Both the position numbers and the translations under genes were made by a program. Of a DNA stretch of 64,000 nucleotides, positions 1 to 9,096 are shown one piece after another. Source of the DNA: a virus; IMG/VR virus record IMGVR_UViG_3300005842_000485, positions 26,566 to 90,565 of that record, one strand, 5' to 3'. Position 1 is the first letter of the stretch, and every line of letters begins with the position of its first letter. The notes beneath the pieces are model-generated. The model worked only from the letters and a program-made list of their open reading frames with translations. It was not told the DNA's origin and made no database searches.

Positions 1-39
1 AAGCCATCTGCGATGCCGTGAACTTCGCGCTGGACTGCT

Positions 40-378
40 GTGAGCCAACGAAGGTTCGTGAACGTCCTCGCGACGGCGGAGAATCTGGCACCGACGGCCC
101 GGTTCTGTACGATCATCGGTGACTCCATGTCCCCCGTGCTGGAATCGGGGTGGGTCGTGCGTATCGACACGTCCAAGCTCCCGCAGCCGGGGGATGTTAC
201 GGCGGTATACATCGATGGCGAGGGCGGGATGGTGGGGTACTGGCAGGGCGGAAAGAAGCCCATGCTCGACAAGGCGAATCCCGCGTACGCATCGGTGGAT
301 CTGACAGCCAAAGGGACGTGGAAGGTTGTCGGTGTCGTGGTCGCCATTGTGAACGCGCCGATCCAATCTCGCGCGTGA
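40..378 (+). CDS. S24/S26 peptidase-like (LexA/CI C-terminal-like) domain protein, possibly inactive
   Basis: IIGDSMSP.L..G..V.ID motif and C-terminal W.VVGVV; the usual catalytic-Lys motif is not evident. Confidence 0.6.
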   Translation: MSQRRFVNVLATAENLAPTARFCTIIGDSMSPVLESGWVVRIDTSKLPQPGDVTAVYIDGEGGMVGYWQGGKKPMLDKANPAYASVDLTAKGTWKVVGVVVAIVNAPIQSRA

Positions 379-506
379 CGGCTATACTGGCTACGATTTT
401 TGTCGAGGGGCGTTCGTCGCCTGTCGCCGACACGTACGTTGTGGGGTTCGGAGGCGGTGTGGGCGTCCGTTCGGCCATCATCTCGAAAGCGAGTGATCCG
501 ATACAG

Positions 507-2237
507 GTGAAGAACCGGACGCTGTTCTTCGGCGACAACCTCAGAATCCTCCGAGAGAAGTTCCCTTCCAACGAGGGGTACTTCGACCTCATCTATCTCG
601 ATCCGCCGTTCAACTCGCAGGCGAACTACAACATCCTCTTCCGCGAAGGACTTGTGGATAGCCCCGCCCAAGTCCATGCCTTTGAAGACACATGGCACTG
701 GACGCCCGAGACGCAGGCGCTCTTCACTGAACTAGCATCCGAACCTCGCTACACACAGAAAGTCTCGGAGGTGATGCAGGGGCTCGAGAAGGTCATCGGC
801 CACAACGATGTCCTGGCGTACCTCACGATGATGGCTGTCCGGCTCGTCGAGCTCCACCGCGTCTTGAAGGAGAACGGCTCGCTCTATCTGCATTGCGACC
901 CGAGTGCAAGTCATTACCTGAAAGTCGTACTCGATGCCGTATTCGGACCGAAGTACTTTCGGAATGAAGTCGTGTGGAAGCGGAGCAGCGCGCACAGCAG
1001 TTCAAAGCGATACTCGCCGGTCCACGACACGATCCTCTTCTACACGAAGAGTGACGACTACACCTGGAACAACATCTATACGCCACTCCCGCAGGAGACG
1101 GCAGATGCTTGGTATAACAACGTCGAAGCAGATACTGGTCGGCGCTTCAACCGAGCCGATCTCACCGCAGCGGGAACACGCACAGGTCCCTCCGGCGCGC
1201 CGTGGCGAGGGATTGACCCGACCTCGAAAGGACGGCATTGGGCGATCCCTGGGTTCGTGAAGGACGTTGTGGCGGGATTGGAGACGCAGGCCGCGCTGGA
1301 TGCTCTCGACGCGGCAGGAAGAATCTTCTGGCCAAAGTCCACGGGCGGCGTGCCGATGTTGAAGCGGTATCTTGAAGAGGCCAAGGGCATCCCGCCGCTG
1401 GACACCATCACGGATATTAGCCCCCTGAACAACGTCGCTGCGGAACGGCTTGGCTACCCAACGCAGAAGCCGCAGGCACTCCTCGAACGGATCGTCACAT
1501 GCAGCTCGAACGTCGGTGACTGGGTGCTCGATCCGTTCGGCGGGTGTGGAACGACAGTCGCAGCAGCAGAAGCGCTCGATCGAAACTGGGTCATCATCGA
1601 CATCACGACGCTTTCGATCAATCTCGTGAAGCGACGGATTGAGAAGGCGTATCCCGACAAGGCGCTCGACATGACGGTGGACGGCTACCCGGCCGATCTC
1701 GCCGGCGCGCGGGAACTCTTCGACCAGGACCCCTACCAATTCGAGTATTGGTGTTGCGACCTTGTGAACGCGCAGCCAGCAGGCGACAAGCGCCAAGGCA
1801 AGATGAAGGGTGCCGATAGGGGGATCGACGGCATCATCACCATCGTTGAGCCCGCGGCGAATGGTGGAGTCCAGTACCGCAAGGTGATCGTCCAGGTGAA
1901 GGGCGGACACATTTCGTCGCCGCACCTTCGGGACTTCCGCGGCACGATCGATAGAGAACACGCGCTCGGCGGCGTGTTCATCACCATGGAGCCGCCCACA
2001 AAACCGATGGTGCAAGAGGCGACGGAGGCCGGCACTTTCACGTACAAGATGAACAATCAGAAGTTCCCCGTGATCCAAATACTCACGGTCGCGGAGTTGC
2101 TCGATGGAAAACGACCCAACCTCCCCAACGTCATTGCCTACGCAAAACAGGCGCAGCTTGCGACCGCCGTCCCTGAACAGGCGAGTCTCCTTGGCGGCGG
2201 GGCGTCGGCTCCTCCTCCGAAACGCCGTTCTCGTTGA
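507..2237 (+). CDS. N6/N4 DNA methyltransferase fused to a C-terminal Mrr-like restriction endonuclease domain
   Basis: IYLDPPFNS, YPTQKP and VLDPFGGCGTT motifs; C-terminal DRGIDG...VQVKGG. ORF is open from 150; GTG at 507 chosen as likely start. Confidence 0.88.
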   Translation: MKNRTLFFGDNLRILREKFPSNEGYFDLIYLDPPFNSQANYNILFREGLVDSPAQVHAFEDTWHWTPETQALFTELASEPRYTQKVSEVMQGLEKVIGHNDVLAYLTMMAVRLVELHRVLKENGSLYLHCDPSASHYLKVVLDAVFGPKYFRNEVVWKRSSAHSSSKRYSPVHDTILFYTKSDDYTWNNIYTPLPQETADAWYNNVEADTGRRFNRADLTAAGTRTGPSGAPWRGIDPTSKGRHWAIPGFVKDVVAGLETQAALDALDAAGRIFWPKSTGGVPMLKRYLEEAKGIPPLDTITDISPLNNVAAERLGYPTQKPQALLERIVTCSSNVGDWVLDPFGGCGTTVAAAEALDRNWVIIDITTLSINLVKRRIEKAYPDKALDMTVDGYPADLAGARELFDQDPYQFEYWCCDLVNAQPAGDKRQGKMKGADRGIDGIITIVEPAANGGVQYRKVIVQVKGGHISSPHLRDFRGTIDREHALGGVFITMEPPTKPMVQEATEAGTFTYKMNNQKFPVIQILTVAELLDGKRPNLPNVIAYAKQAQLATAVPEQASLLGGGASAPPPKRRSR

Positions 2238-2949
2238 GGCACCTCCAGAACCTCCCGATGCTGCGGCGGAAGAGGCAGCGGCGAATAAGGCCGCAGAGGA
2301 GAAGTACAAGCAGGAAAAAGCGGCCTTCTTTGAATCCCTCACGAAGGAGCGTAGCCGGTTCATCGAAGGGAGGGCCGAGCAATCGAAGACCTACGACCAA
2401 ACCATCCTCACCTTCTCGGCCGGTGCGATTGGTCTCTCGATTACGTTCGTTGAGAAGATCGCGCCGAACCCGTTCGCGCCATGGCTACTCTACGGATCGT
2501 GGACATGCTTCGGCCTCGCGGTACTCTCGGTTGTTGTTTCATTCGTCGTCAGCCAGATGGCGTTCGACAACGAGATTACGTACGTGGACGCATCGTGGGC
2601 GGCGGTTGTGGGACAGACTGACCCGCCAGAGAAGCGAGCAAACAGGTATACGGAGCACACCGACAAGCTTAATCTCGTTTCCGGAGGGATGTTCGTGTGC
2701 GGCATCGTGTTCTTCGTGCTCTTCGGGGTCTGTAACTGGCCCGCGAAAAAAGAGGCGAGTACACTACGAGGAACACCGATCAAAATTGAGATCACCGGAG
2801 AAATGATGCCCGACAAGATGAACGTAATCACAAGGCCCGGAGCTGTCATCGAGGTGAAGAAGGGCAACACGCCGACACCGGCAATGCTGCCGCAAGCACC
2901 AAAGCCCGTTGTACCGACACCCGCGCCCGCGCCGACGACGAAGAAGTAG
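2104..2949 (+). CDS. Hypothetical membrane protein with 3 TM segments and Pro-rich tail
   Basis: YDQTILTFSAGAIGLSITF and two further hydrophobic segments; start uncertain (overlaps the MTase end). Confidence 0.7.
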   Translation: MENDPTSPTSLPTQNRRSLRPPSLNRRVSLAAGRRLLLRNAVLVEAPPEPPDAAAEEAAANKAAEEKYKQEKAAFFESLTKERSRFIEGRAEQSKTYDQTILTFSAGAIGLSITFVEKIAPNPFAPWLLYGSWTCFGLAVLSVVVSFVVSQMAFDNEITYVDASWAAVVGQTDPPEKRANRYTEHTDKLNLVSGGMFVCGIVFFVLFGVCNWPAKKEASTLRGTPIKIEITGEMMPDKMNVITRPGAVIEVKKGNTPTPAMLPQAPKPVVPTPAPAPTTKK

Positions 2950-2957
2950 GAGCCACC

Positions 2958-3137
2958 GTGCCAAACGAAACGCATATGGTCGAACAGCCGTCCAAGTTGG
3001 GTCAATTCGGGGAAGCGCCGATCCAAGCGCTGCTAGCTCCGATACCGCAACCACCAGCATCGCCGGCGAGTACTCCCGCTCCGGCAGCTCCAGTGCCGTC
3101 TCCCGGAAGTGTCAGCGGCGGTGCAGCGTCGAAATAG
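2958..3137 (+). CDS. Small Pro-rich peptide (59 aa, MPNETHMVEQPSKLGQFGEAPIQALLAP...)
   Basis: Hand-translated; AGGAG SD then GTG directly after the upstream stop; below the ORF track cutoff. Confidence 0.5.
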   Translation: MPNETHMVEQPSKLGQFGEAPIQALLAPIPQPPASPASTPAPAAPVPSPGSVSGGAASK

Positions 3138-3152
3138 AGGGAAGATACGACG

Positions 3153-3359
3153 GTGAGTATTTTTGCCTTGATCACGACGGCCACTTCTCCAGTACGGGCA
3201 TTGCTGGCAGGATTTCCGAAGCTTCTGAAGCGGAAGGAAAAGATCCCGGCGATCATCCACGTTCATGTCGGAGCGGAGATTACCGGCGACGTTGGGGACA
3301 TCACTGGCGTCGGGACCGAGGAGCAGAAGGTGACCGACGACGCTTGCTCAACGAGATAG
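3153..3359 (+). CDS. Small hypothetical protein
   Basis: 68 aa ORF with GAGGGAAG upstream, tightly packed in the + strand run. Confidence 0.4.
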   Translation: MSIFALITTATSPVRALLAGFPKLLKRKEKIPAIIHVHVGAEITGDVGDITGVGTEEQKVTDDACSTR

Positions 3360-3383
3360 TGAGTCCGGAGTCGGAGTGGTGAC

Positions 3384-3599
3384 GTGAGCCTGATAGATCG
3401 AATCATCACATTACTGACCACATCGTATGGAGTCAGTCCGGTGTCCTCGATGCTGCGCCAGAGACCAGAGCTACCGAAGCAGGCGAGTCAAACCGATACT
3501 GTATTGCCAGCAAACATGAAATCTGCGGTCGAGCAAGAAGTTGCGACCGGTGCTGGTGGTGAGCATGAAGCCGGGGCGCCGCCTCCTGGTGCTAGATAA
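3384..3599 (+). CDS. Small hypothetical protein
   Basis: 71 aa ORF with GGAG upstream, continues the + strand run. Confidence 0.4.
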   Translation: MSLIDRIITLLTTSYGVSPVSSMLRQRPELPKQASQTDTVLPANMKSAVEQEVATGAGGEHEAGAPPPGAR

Positions 3600-3709
3600 G
3601 CGTGGATCGGGGGTTCATTGCCCCGGCGTTGCCCGCATGGATCGCCAATGACGAAGGTGCGGCATGCGGGAACCTCCGCGCTTCAAGTCCAGCAAAGACC
3701 TCTAGTGCA

Positions 3710-3991
3710 TCAGCCGTAACCACGATCGGGAGGCGTGTCGGTTGGGGGTGCCGATGCCCTATTGTTCGCGCGCCACGTGGTGAGTTCGATCCAGAGCAGT
3801 CGCGTTGCACGTCCCACGTGATGAAGATGCTCCTTGACGCGAATGACGAGAAAGCGCGCGATCTCTAAGCCAAGCGCCAGTTCGTGCAGCAGGCCGAGCA
3901 GAAGTGCTACTGCGAGAACAAGGCATGCGAGGACGACGAGGATTGGGTGTGAAGTGAAGAGGTCCGAAGTCGCGATGTCGAACGTTCCCAT
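3710..3991 (-). CDS. Small membrane protein, paralog family member 1 (type I toxin-like)
   Basis: TM helix, then LGLLHEL...VKEHL...ELTTW; RBS TTGGAGCGGACT-ATG; aligns by eye with 47744-48160. Confidence 0.7.
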   Translation of the reverse strand: MGTFDIATSDLFTSHPILVVLACLVLAVALLLGLLHELALGLEIARFLVIRVKEHLHHVGRATRLLWIELTTWRANNRASAPPTDTPPDRGYG

Positions 3992-4330
3992 AGTCCGCTC
4001 CAAGCTCGCGGTGGTTTCCCACCGGGATTGTCGCGAGCAGAGCGGATCGGGACATTTGCTTCTTCCGCGATACTACAGCGGATACTTCCGGTCCCCGACC
4101 GTTACACGTTCGGTGTCACACCATAGCCTCCTGCGGCTCGCGCGCAGGAACCGAGGGCGTCACGCTCTCGGAGTCGAACTGTACCCGTGGGCGGAGGAGT
4201 GAAACCTCCGTAAGCAGGCCGTGTTCTGTGGCGAGTACAACCGAAGCATAAAGCGGGCCAGCGACAGCGCACTGATGGGAGCGGGTTTTACGATGTCAGG
4301 ACTCACCGATCGTGTGCATGCTGGGTAGGG
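3992..4330 (-). ncRNA. Structured leader RNA with RBS-sequestering stem (copy 1)
   Basis: TCCGCTC (4040-4046) pairs with RBS GAGCGGA (3994-4000), enclosing a CGGTGG-GAAA-CCACCG hairpin; several adjacent hairpins at 4065-4211. Confidence 0.6.
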
Positions 4331-4359
4331 AAAGCGCAGGCACCGGACACTCCTAGGGT

Positions 4360-5331
4360 ATGAAGAAATCAAAAGCGCTTCTCCTGGTCTTGGCCGCTGC
4401 GTTGCTCTCCACCTCACCTGTCTTCGGGTGGAATGCCAGAGGACATGAGGCGGTCGCGGCGATCGCATGGGACAACATGCAGCCGGCGACGCAAAAGAAG
4501 GTCACGGAAATCCTGAACGCGGCGAAGGCGGGGGACTGCCTGCACGAGCTCGGGACGGGATTTGATGCACGAACGTTCTTTATCAAAGCCGCGACGTGGC
4601 CCGACGTCGTCCGGCCGGGCGATAACGACACGCGGCCGTGCACGAAGTTCCATGATCGAGACGCACACTTCTTCGATCACTTTTGGTCAGGAGTCTCGGG
4701 CGGCAAGGACGACGAAGCTCCGAAGGCGCTAATCATTGTCCCCAAGAAGAGGCCTACGACGAACGCAATCGAACGGGTCTACGAGTTTCGTCCGCTGGTG
4801 GCGTGCAAGAAAACGCCGTGCTGTGGAACGCCGGCTGATCGTGCGCATGACCTCGCATGGATGCTCCATCTCGTCGGGGACATCCACCAGCCGTTGCACA
4901 ACGCGGCGCGCGTTACCACGGAACCGAAGGAGAAGGAGGGTGACCACGGAGGAAACCTCTTCCTCTTGAAGAAAGGCACGATTCCAGACAACCTCCACAG
5001 CTTCTGGGACGAGATCATCGACGAGTCCATCCCGCGAAATGGCGAAGCGGAGATGGTGTACATCAACCGGGTCATCAAGCAGATCCAAGCGGATCACCCC
5101 AAGGCATCGCTCGCGGCGCGCATGCAATCAGGGGATGTTGGCGCGTGGTCGGCAGAAGGACTCGCGACGGCGGAGCGGATGGGGTATCCGAAAGCGTTGC
5201 AGCGTGGCGAAACCCCGAGCGACGAGTATCGCAAGGCGGTATTTACGGTTGCTGACGAGGCGATTGCGCTTGGCGGCTACCGGCTCGCGGACTTGCTCGA
5301 CAACATGTTCGGTACGGCAGCGAATCCGTAG
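4360..5331 (+). CDS. S1/P1 nuclease, secreted
   Basis: Signal peptide, WNARGH, AATWPD, HLVGDIHQPLH, GGN, NLHSFWD, GGYRLA motifs. Confidence 0.95.
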   Translation: MKKSKALLLVLAAALLSTSPVFGWNARGHEAVAAIAWDNMQPATQKKVTEILNAAKAGDCLHELGTGFDARTFFIKAATWPDVVRPGDNDTRPCTKFHDRDAHFFDHFWSGVSGGKDDEAPKALIIVPKKRPTTNAIERVYEFRPLVACKKTPCCGTPADRAHDLAWMLHLVGDIHQPLHNAARVTTEPKEKEGDHGGNLFLLKKGTIPDNLHSFWDEIIDESIPRNGEAEMVYINRVIKQIQADHPKASLAARMQSGDVGAWSAEGLATAERMGYPKALQRGETPSDEYRKAVFTVADEAIALGGYRLADLLDNMFGTAANP

Positions 5332-5342
5332 GCTGCCACCAG

Positions 5343-5609
5343 TCAGCGCGCAGCGTTATGGCCGGCAGGGGACAGGGCCGCTCGCGCCCGAGCTACATCC
5401 GCAAGCGTGACCTCGGTAACAGTGCCATCGGTAGCTTTCACGCGAATCGGAGCAATGTCGGCACGGAATGGTGGCTCTAGCTGCGCGATGGCGTCACAGA
5501 CGGCAACGAATGGGCGTAGCGCTTCGTCCTTCCGTTCGATCTCTTGTTCAAGCTTGGAAATACGGTCATCCAAATACCGTAACTCGATCTCATATGCGGT
5601 TTCACTCAC
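5343..5609 (-). CDS. Phage hypothetical protein
   Basis: Last gene of the overlapping minus-strand small-gene operon; EALRPF motif common in small phage ORFs. Confidence 0.6.
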   Translation of the reverse strand: MSETAYEIELRYLDDRISKLEQEIERKDEALRPFVAVCDAIAQLEPPFRADIAPIRVKATDGTVTEVTLADVARARAALSPAGHNAAR

Positions 5610-5874
5610 TTAGCTGTTGTGTAGGTAGTGAGAAGACGCTATAAGGATTCCGAGCAGCAAGCATGTCGGCGGCACCGTGTGTGATGCCCGTGCTTTCCTC
5701 TGCGATCTGGACGCACCGGTGGTAGCCCTGTTCCATCGCGTCACGGATCACAACCGTAAGGTTCTCCACAGCGATTTCACTTAGGTCATCCACAACGTTG
5801 CAATAGTAGTCCGCGTACTCTTCTGGTGTATGACAATCCGCGAGCGTCCGTGGTGTCTCTGATGGTTCAGTCAT
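5602..5874 (-). CDS. Phage hypothetical protein
   Basis: Translationally coupled ORF in the operon. Confidence 0.55.
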   Translation of the reverse strand: MTEPSETPRTLADCHTPEEYADYYCNVVDDLSEIAVENLTVVIRDAMEQGYHRCVQIAEESTGITHGAADMLAARNPYSVFSLPTQQLSE

Positions 5875-5953
5875 GGCGATGTAAATATAAGAATTGTTGT
5901 TACGATGGCGGCGGTGGCCAGAGCGACAATGTAGAGGACGTATTCTCTATTGG

Positions 5954-6226
5954 TCATGCTGCTTCTTCGGGAGGAGGAGAGGGGGGAAGGTCGCGCACTT
6001 TGTCTCCTTGGGGTGGGAATGCATCACTCGTCCATGCCGCATAAGCCATGCGCCAGTACCGCTCCGCTGTGTCACGCACTCGTGGCTCATCTTCCGCTAG
6101 GCGGGCAATCTCCTTCGCGTCATAGACGATGCCGTGCAAGTGCCAGTAGAGGCGCGTCGCCTCTTCCCTCGCCTTCCTGATCTCCTCGGCACAATCGTTA
6201 CAGTCCTTATGTTCCTCATGCGACAT
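5954..6226 (-). CDS. Phage hypothetical protein
   Basis: MSHEEHKDCNDC start just after the HNH gene stop. Confidence 0.5.
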   Translation of the reverse strand: MSHEEHKDCNDCAEEIRKAREEATRLYWHLHGIVYDAKEIARLAEDEPRVRDTAERYWRMAYAAWTSDAFPPQGDKVRDLPPSPPPEEAA

Positions 6227-6230
6227 CGGC

Positions 6231-6698
6231 TCAGTGGTTAGTGATCTGATTAAGCTTCGCGAACTCACCGTGAACCTTGCTGGCGAAGACGTTGTAGGAG
6301 AGTGCCGCCGCATCCTCCGTGTTGTGGTACTCCGTGATACGGCCATACGGCGTACGAATCTGCATCCTCCATTTCCCGCGCTTCGTCGGACTCACCCCGA
6401 GATGCCGGGACGCCCCACGTAGCTTTCGCCTATTCGCGTTGTTCTGCGCCAGCGTTGCCACGCGGAGGTTCGACCTTTGGTTGTTTAGACCGTTGCCGTC
6501 GATATGGTCTGTGAACATTCCAGATGGCGGCGGCAAGACCTCGCGGTGCATGTGGACGCGCTTCCCGCCTGCCACGCGGCGAGCATAGAACGTCCGATCC
6601 CTGTTCTTTTCAGCGAACCACTTGTAAGCAGAAAGACGTTCGTAACCAGCGTCGTCTACGAACGCGAACATATCCTGAGTTAGCGGGATGAGCATCAT
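6231..6698 (-). CDS. HNH homing endonuclease with AP2-like C-terminal DNA-binding domain
   Basis: IPLTQ..FAFVDD, MHREV, DHIDGNGLNNQRSNLR...QNNAN, GVS...KW, AALSYN...HGEFA.LN. Confidence 0.92.
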   Translation of the reverse strand: MMLIPLTQDMFAFVDDAGYERLSAYKWFAEKNRDRTFYARRVAGGKRVHMHREVLPPPSGMFTDHIDGNGLNNQRSNLRVATLAQNNANRRKLRGASRHLGVSPTKRGKWRMQIRTPYGRITEYHNTEDAAALSYNVFASKVHGEFAKLNQITNH

Positions 6699-6937
6699 GT
6701 GGAGCGGCGTTCAATGCGGATACCATCCTCAGCTTGTAACACCTCGTTTCTCAGCTTCTCAACCTCCTCCTGGTGCTCCTGCTCACGGTGATCGATGATC
6801 GAAAGTAGGAAGAGCATCTCGCGCCCGAGGTCAGCCAGAGATTCTTTCGGGGAGGTAGTAAGGTCAGCGGCGATGTCACGCAGCGCAGTAATCCGGTCTT
6901 GTTCTTTGGGGGTGGTGTCGTTACTTGGCATCAGCAA
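6695..6937 (-). CDS. Phage hypothetical protein
   Basis: Coupled ORF (ATGA overlap with the HNH gene). Confidence 0.5.
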   Translation of the reverse strand: MLMPSNDTTPKEQDRITALRDIAADLTTSPKESLADLGREMLFLLSIIDHREQEHQEEVEKLRNEVLQAEDGIRIERRST

Positions 6938-7223
6938 CAGAGTTATCTTTACAGTAGATGGCTCCTATAACTTGGTTCTCGATGTCCGTGCGGCTCTTAG
7001 AGAGATCGCTTATCGCCAAACGAGCGATGGAACGCACGAGTGTTCTGTCATCTGCGTCTCGTATCTCGCGAAGTGCTTCAAGTGCCCGGACGACTTTGAG
7101 GGGAGCAATCCAGCAATCTTCACAAACTCCCGTCTTAGCCTCCTCCGTGTGCCACGCCGCATATGGCTTGTCATATGCGCATATCAGACATGAGCCGTGT
7201 GGCAGCGTTAAACCTTCAGGCAT
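6921..7223 (-). CDS. Phage hypothetical protein with CxxC pairs
   Basis: CLIC...CEDC; C-rich leader. Confidence 0.5.
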   Translation of the reverse strand: MPEGLTLPHGSCLICAYDKPYAAWHTEEAKTGVCEDCWIAPLKVVRALEALREIRDADDRTLVRSIARLAISDLSKSRTDIENQVIGAIYCKDNSVADAK

Positions 7224-7500
7224 CGGAGGGTGGGTTAGTGGTAGTGATGGCGGCGAGGGCGTCACGGATGATCGTCTCCATGCAGACGTGGCCTTGATCT
7301 TTGGGACAGACGCCTTGTGGAGCGTAGCGACGCAAAGATCGTAGTGCCTTCTCTGCAATGGCGAGCTTGCGGCGGTCTTCCTGAATCGTGGCGAGGAAAC
7401 GCAGCGGGTCGATAGTCACTGCCCCAAGCTCTAGCTGAGTAAGGATTACCTCAATCCGGTCTAGCTCCTCGTCCGTGTACGGCTTCACTTCATTGCTCAT
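7216..7500 (-). CDS. Phage hypothetical protein
   Basis: Coupled ORF with ACCACTCCCC-ATG leader. Confidence 0.55.
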   Translation of the reverse strand: MSNEVKPYTDEELDRIEVILTQLELGAVTIDPLRFLATIQEDRRKLAIAEKALRSLRRYAPQGVCPKDQGHVCMETIIRDALAAITTTNPPSDA

Positions 7501-8152
7501 GGGGAGTGGTCAGGAAGAAGTTGAAGAGGGCCGATACCGCCTGGATATCAGCGTTGTGTTTTGAGGCGTCATTGTCTTCGAGCGGCCAAAGTAAACCATC
7601 CTCAAAGTCTTGCCGATCGGCTACATCGACGTGCGGATACTTCCCTGTGGCATACGTGTAGAGGCGTGGCTCAAAACGACCATTCTGAATAGCGACTCCC
7701 CACACGTGGTCGCCGCCCTGCGGCTCCCAGCCGTTTCGGTTGATGAGTGCCTGTACCGCCCTATTCACGAGCGGTTCTACCTTGAGACGGAGTTCTGCGT
7801 CTTCCTTGATGCGGTAAGCGCCACAGTTTGCAAACAGCCGCGCGTCTATGTCTCCGGGCGTGTGGGTATCTTGCGATGGCCTATCACGGTCGAACGGACT
7901 GACAAAGAAGAAGTGCTCATTGTTTGCTGGCTCCCACGGGTACGGGCGCTCTGGCTCGTCAGGGATGGGGGCGAACCACTCCGGGTTGTTTTCCACTGGA
8001 TACGCCAGTTGGCGACACTCGCAGTCCCTCCCTCCTTCAAGCCAGTACGCAACGTACACACCATTATCAACACGGGAAGGCTCAAAGATTTTGCCTGTTC
8101 CAGCAGCCGGGCATCCAGGGAGGTCTTTGAGGAGACGAAACTTCTTAGGCAT
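7490..8152 (-). CDS. Phage hypothetical protein (FRLLKDLP...PEWF...WEP type)
   Basis: Starts MPKKFRLLKDLPG; resembles a recurrent uncharacterised phage family (from memory, unverified). Confidence 0.6.
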   Translation of the reverse strand: MPKKFRLLKDLPGCPAAGTGKIFEPSRVDNGVYVAYWLEGGRDCECRQLAYPVENNPEWFAPIPDEPERPYPWEPANNEHFFFVSPFDRDRPSQDTHTPGDIDARLFANCGAYRIKEDAELRLKVEPLVNRAVQALINRNGWEPQGGDHVWGVAIQNGRFEPRLYTYATGKYPHVDVADRQDFEDGLLWPLEDNDASKHNADIQAVSALFNFFLTTPHEQ

Positions 8153-8384
8153 TTCTATGAGGGTTACATTCGGCCAAGACGAAAACATCCGATTTACTCA
8201 AACCGAGATATTCTTTGACGTAGTCTGCCGCTTCGTCCCATCCCTGCGCGAGTGCTTCTTTCTTCACACGGCGCAATACATTCCGGATAACCCTAGGATA
8301 AATAGCAGAGTTCCGTTGGTTGTAGAGGCTCGCAACAAGTTGATCCTCTGCTCTACGCTCTTCTGGTGTAATCGTCTGCGACAT
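8145..8384 (-). CDS. Phage hypothetical protein
   Basis: C-rich leader, coupled ORF. Confidence 0.55.
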   Translation of the reverse strand: MSQTITPEERRAEDQLVASLYNQRNSAIYPRVIRNVLRRVKKEALAQGWDEAADYVKEYLGLSKSDVFVLAECNPHRNA

Positions 8385-8396
8385 AGGGGCCGGTGG

Positions 8397-8675
8397 TTAG
8401 TTTGCGCGACCAATGATCTCGACGTTGGGCATGCACCCTTCATCGTCCGTGCGGCCCATGATATGGGTAGAGCATTCATAGCCGCTCTGGTGCTCCCAGT
8501 TGTACTCCCAGCCCCAGCCGCCGAGTTCACGGCGGACAACGAATGTACCGGTGCGCTCGCCTGTCGGACTATGCGGGTAATCGTTGCTGGCATCGACGCG
8601 CAGAATGTCACCTACTGTGATCTCGATACCGTTCTTGTCGTAGAGGCCCGTGCTATTCACGCTCTCCTGTGACAT
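8397..8675 (-). CDS. YopX family phage protein
   Basis: STGLYDKNGIEITVGDIL...VEIIG signature. Confidence 0.85.
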   Translation of the reverse strand: MSQESVNSTGLYDKNGIEITVGDILRVDASNDYPHSPTGERTGTFVVRRELGGWGWEYNWEHQSGYECSTHIMGRTDDEGCMPNVEIIGRAN

Positions 8676-8689
8676 AGGGGGATGGGTGG

Positions 8690-8917
8690 TTAGGAGATTG
8701 CCTGTGCCGCGATCCGCCGATTGATCTGGTTCATGCGCTCGATGGTGGCGACGTGTTTAGCGCACTCCTCTACGAGTTCCTGCTTCTCTCGCTGGAACTG
8801 ACGGATGACCTCGCAGAGCCACCGAACATCAGGGTTGCCGAGATCTGCGTCGTTGTGTTGCGCCCAAAACTCGATCCGTTCGAGGCGAGTCTCGATGTGT
8901 TCTGGTGCTGGTTCCAT
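8690..8917 (-). CDS. Phage hypothetical protein
   Basis: DVRWLCEVI followed by coiled coil; leader CACCTCCACCTCCC-ATG. Confidence 0.55.
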   Translation of the reverse strand: MEPAPEHIETRLERIEFWAQHNDADLGNPDVRWLCEVIRQFQREKQELVEECAKHVATIERMNQINRRIAAQAIS

Positions 8918-8931
8918 GGGAGGTGGAGGTG

Positions 8932-9084
8932 TTAGCCGCGCGACCACCCGCCGCCAACAAGGACGACGATGCCGGCAATGAGCGCGAGGACGCCGAGGAA
9001 GATCGACGGCACGGAGATATGGAATAGCTCGATGCATCCAATGAGGATGAGGTAGAGCCCGAGGGTGAGATTGGAGAGCGACAT
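8932..9084 (-). CDS. Small two-TM membrane peptide (50 aa, MSLSNLTLGLYLILIGCIELFHISVPSIFLGVLALIAGIVVLVGGGWSRG)
   Basis: Hand-translated; fills the gap in the operon; below the ORF track cutoff. Confidence 0.65.
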   Translation of the reverse strand: MSLSNLTLGLYLILIGCIELFHISVPSIFLGVLALIAGIVVLVGGGWSRG

Positions 9085-9096
9085 AGTGTGGAGCGG

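Noticed and set aside
150-506. N-terminal extension of the MTase ORF from 150
   Set aside because: Overlaps the S24-like gene and is low-information; the recognisable domain starts at KNRTLFFGDNL.
4165-4185. GTTCGACTCC (minus strand) as a tRNA T-loop
   Set aside because: Flanks do not form the 5-bp T stem and there is no cloverleaf.
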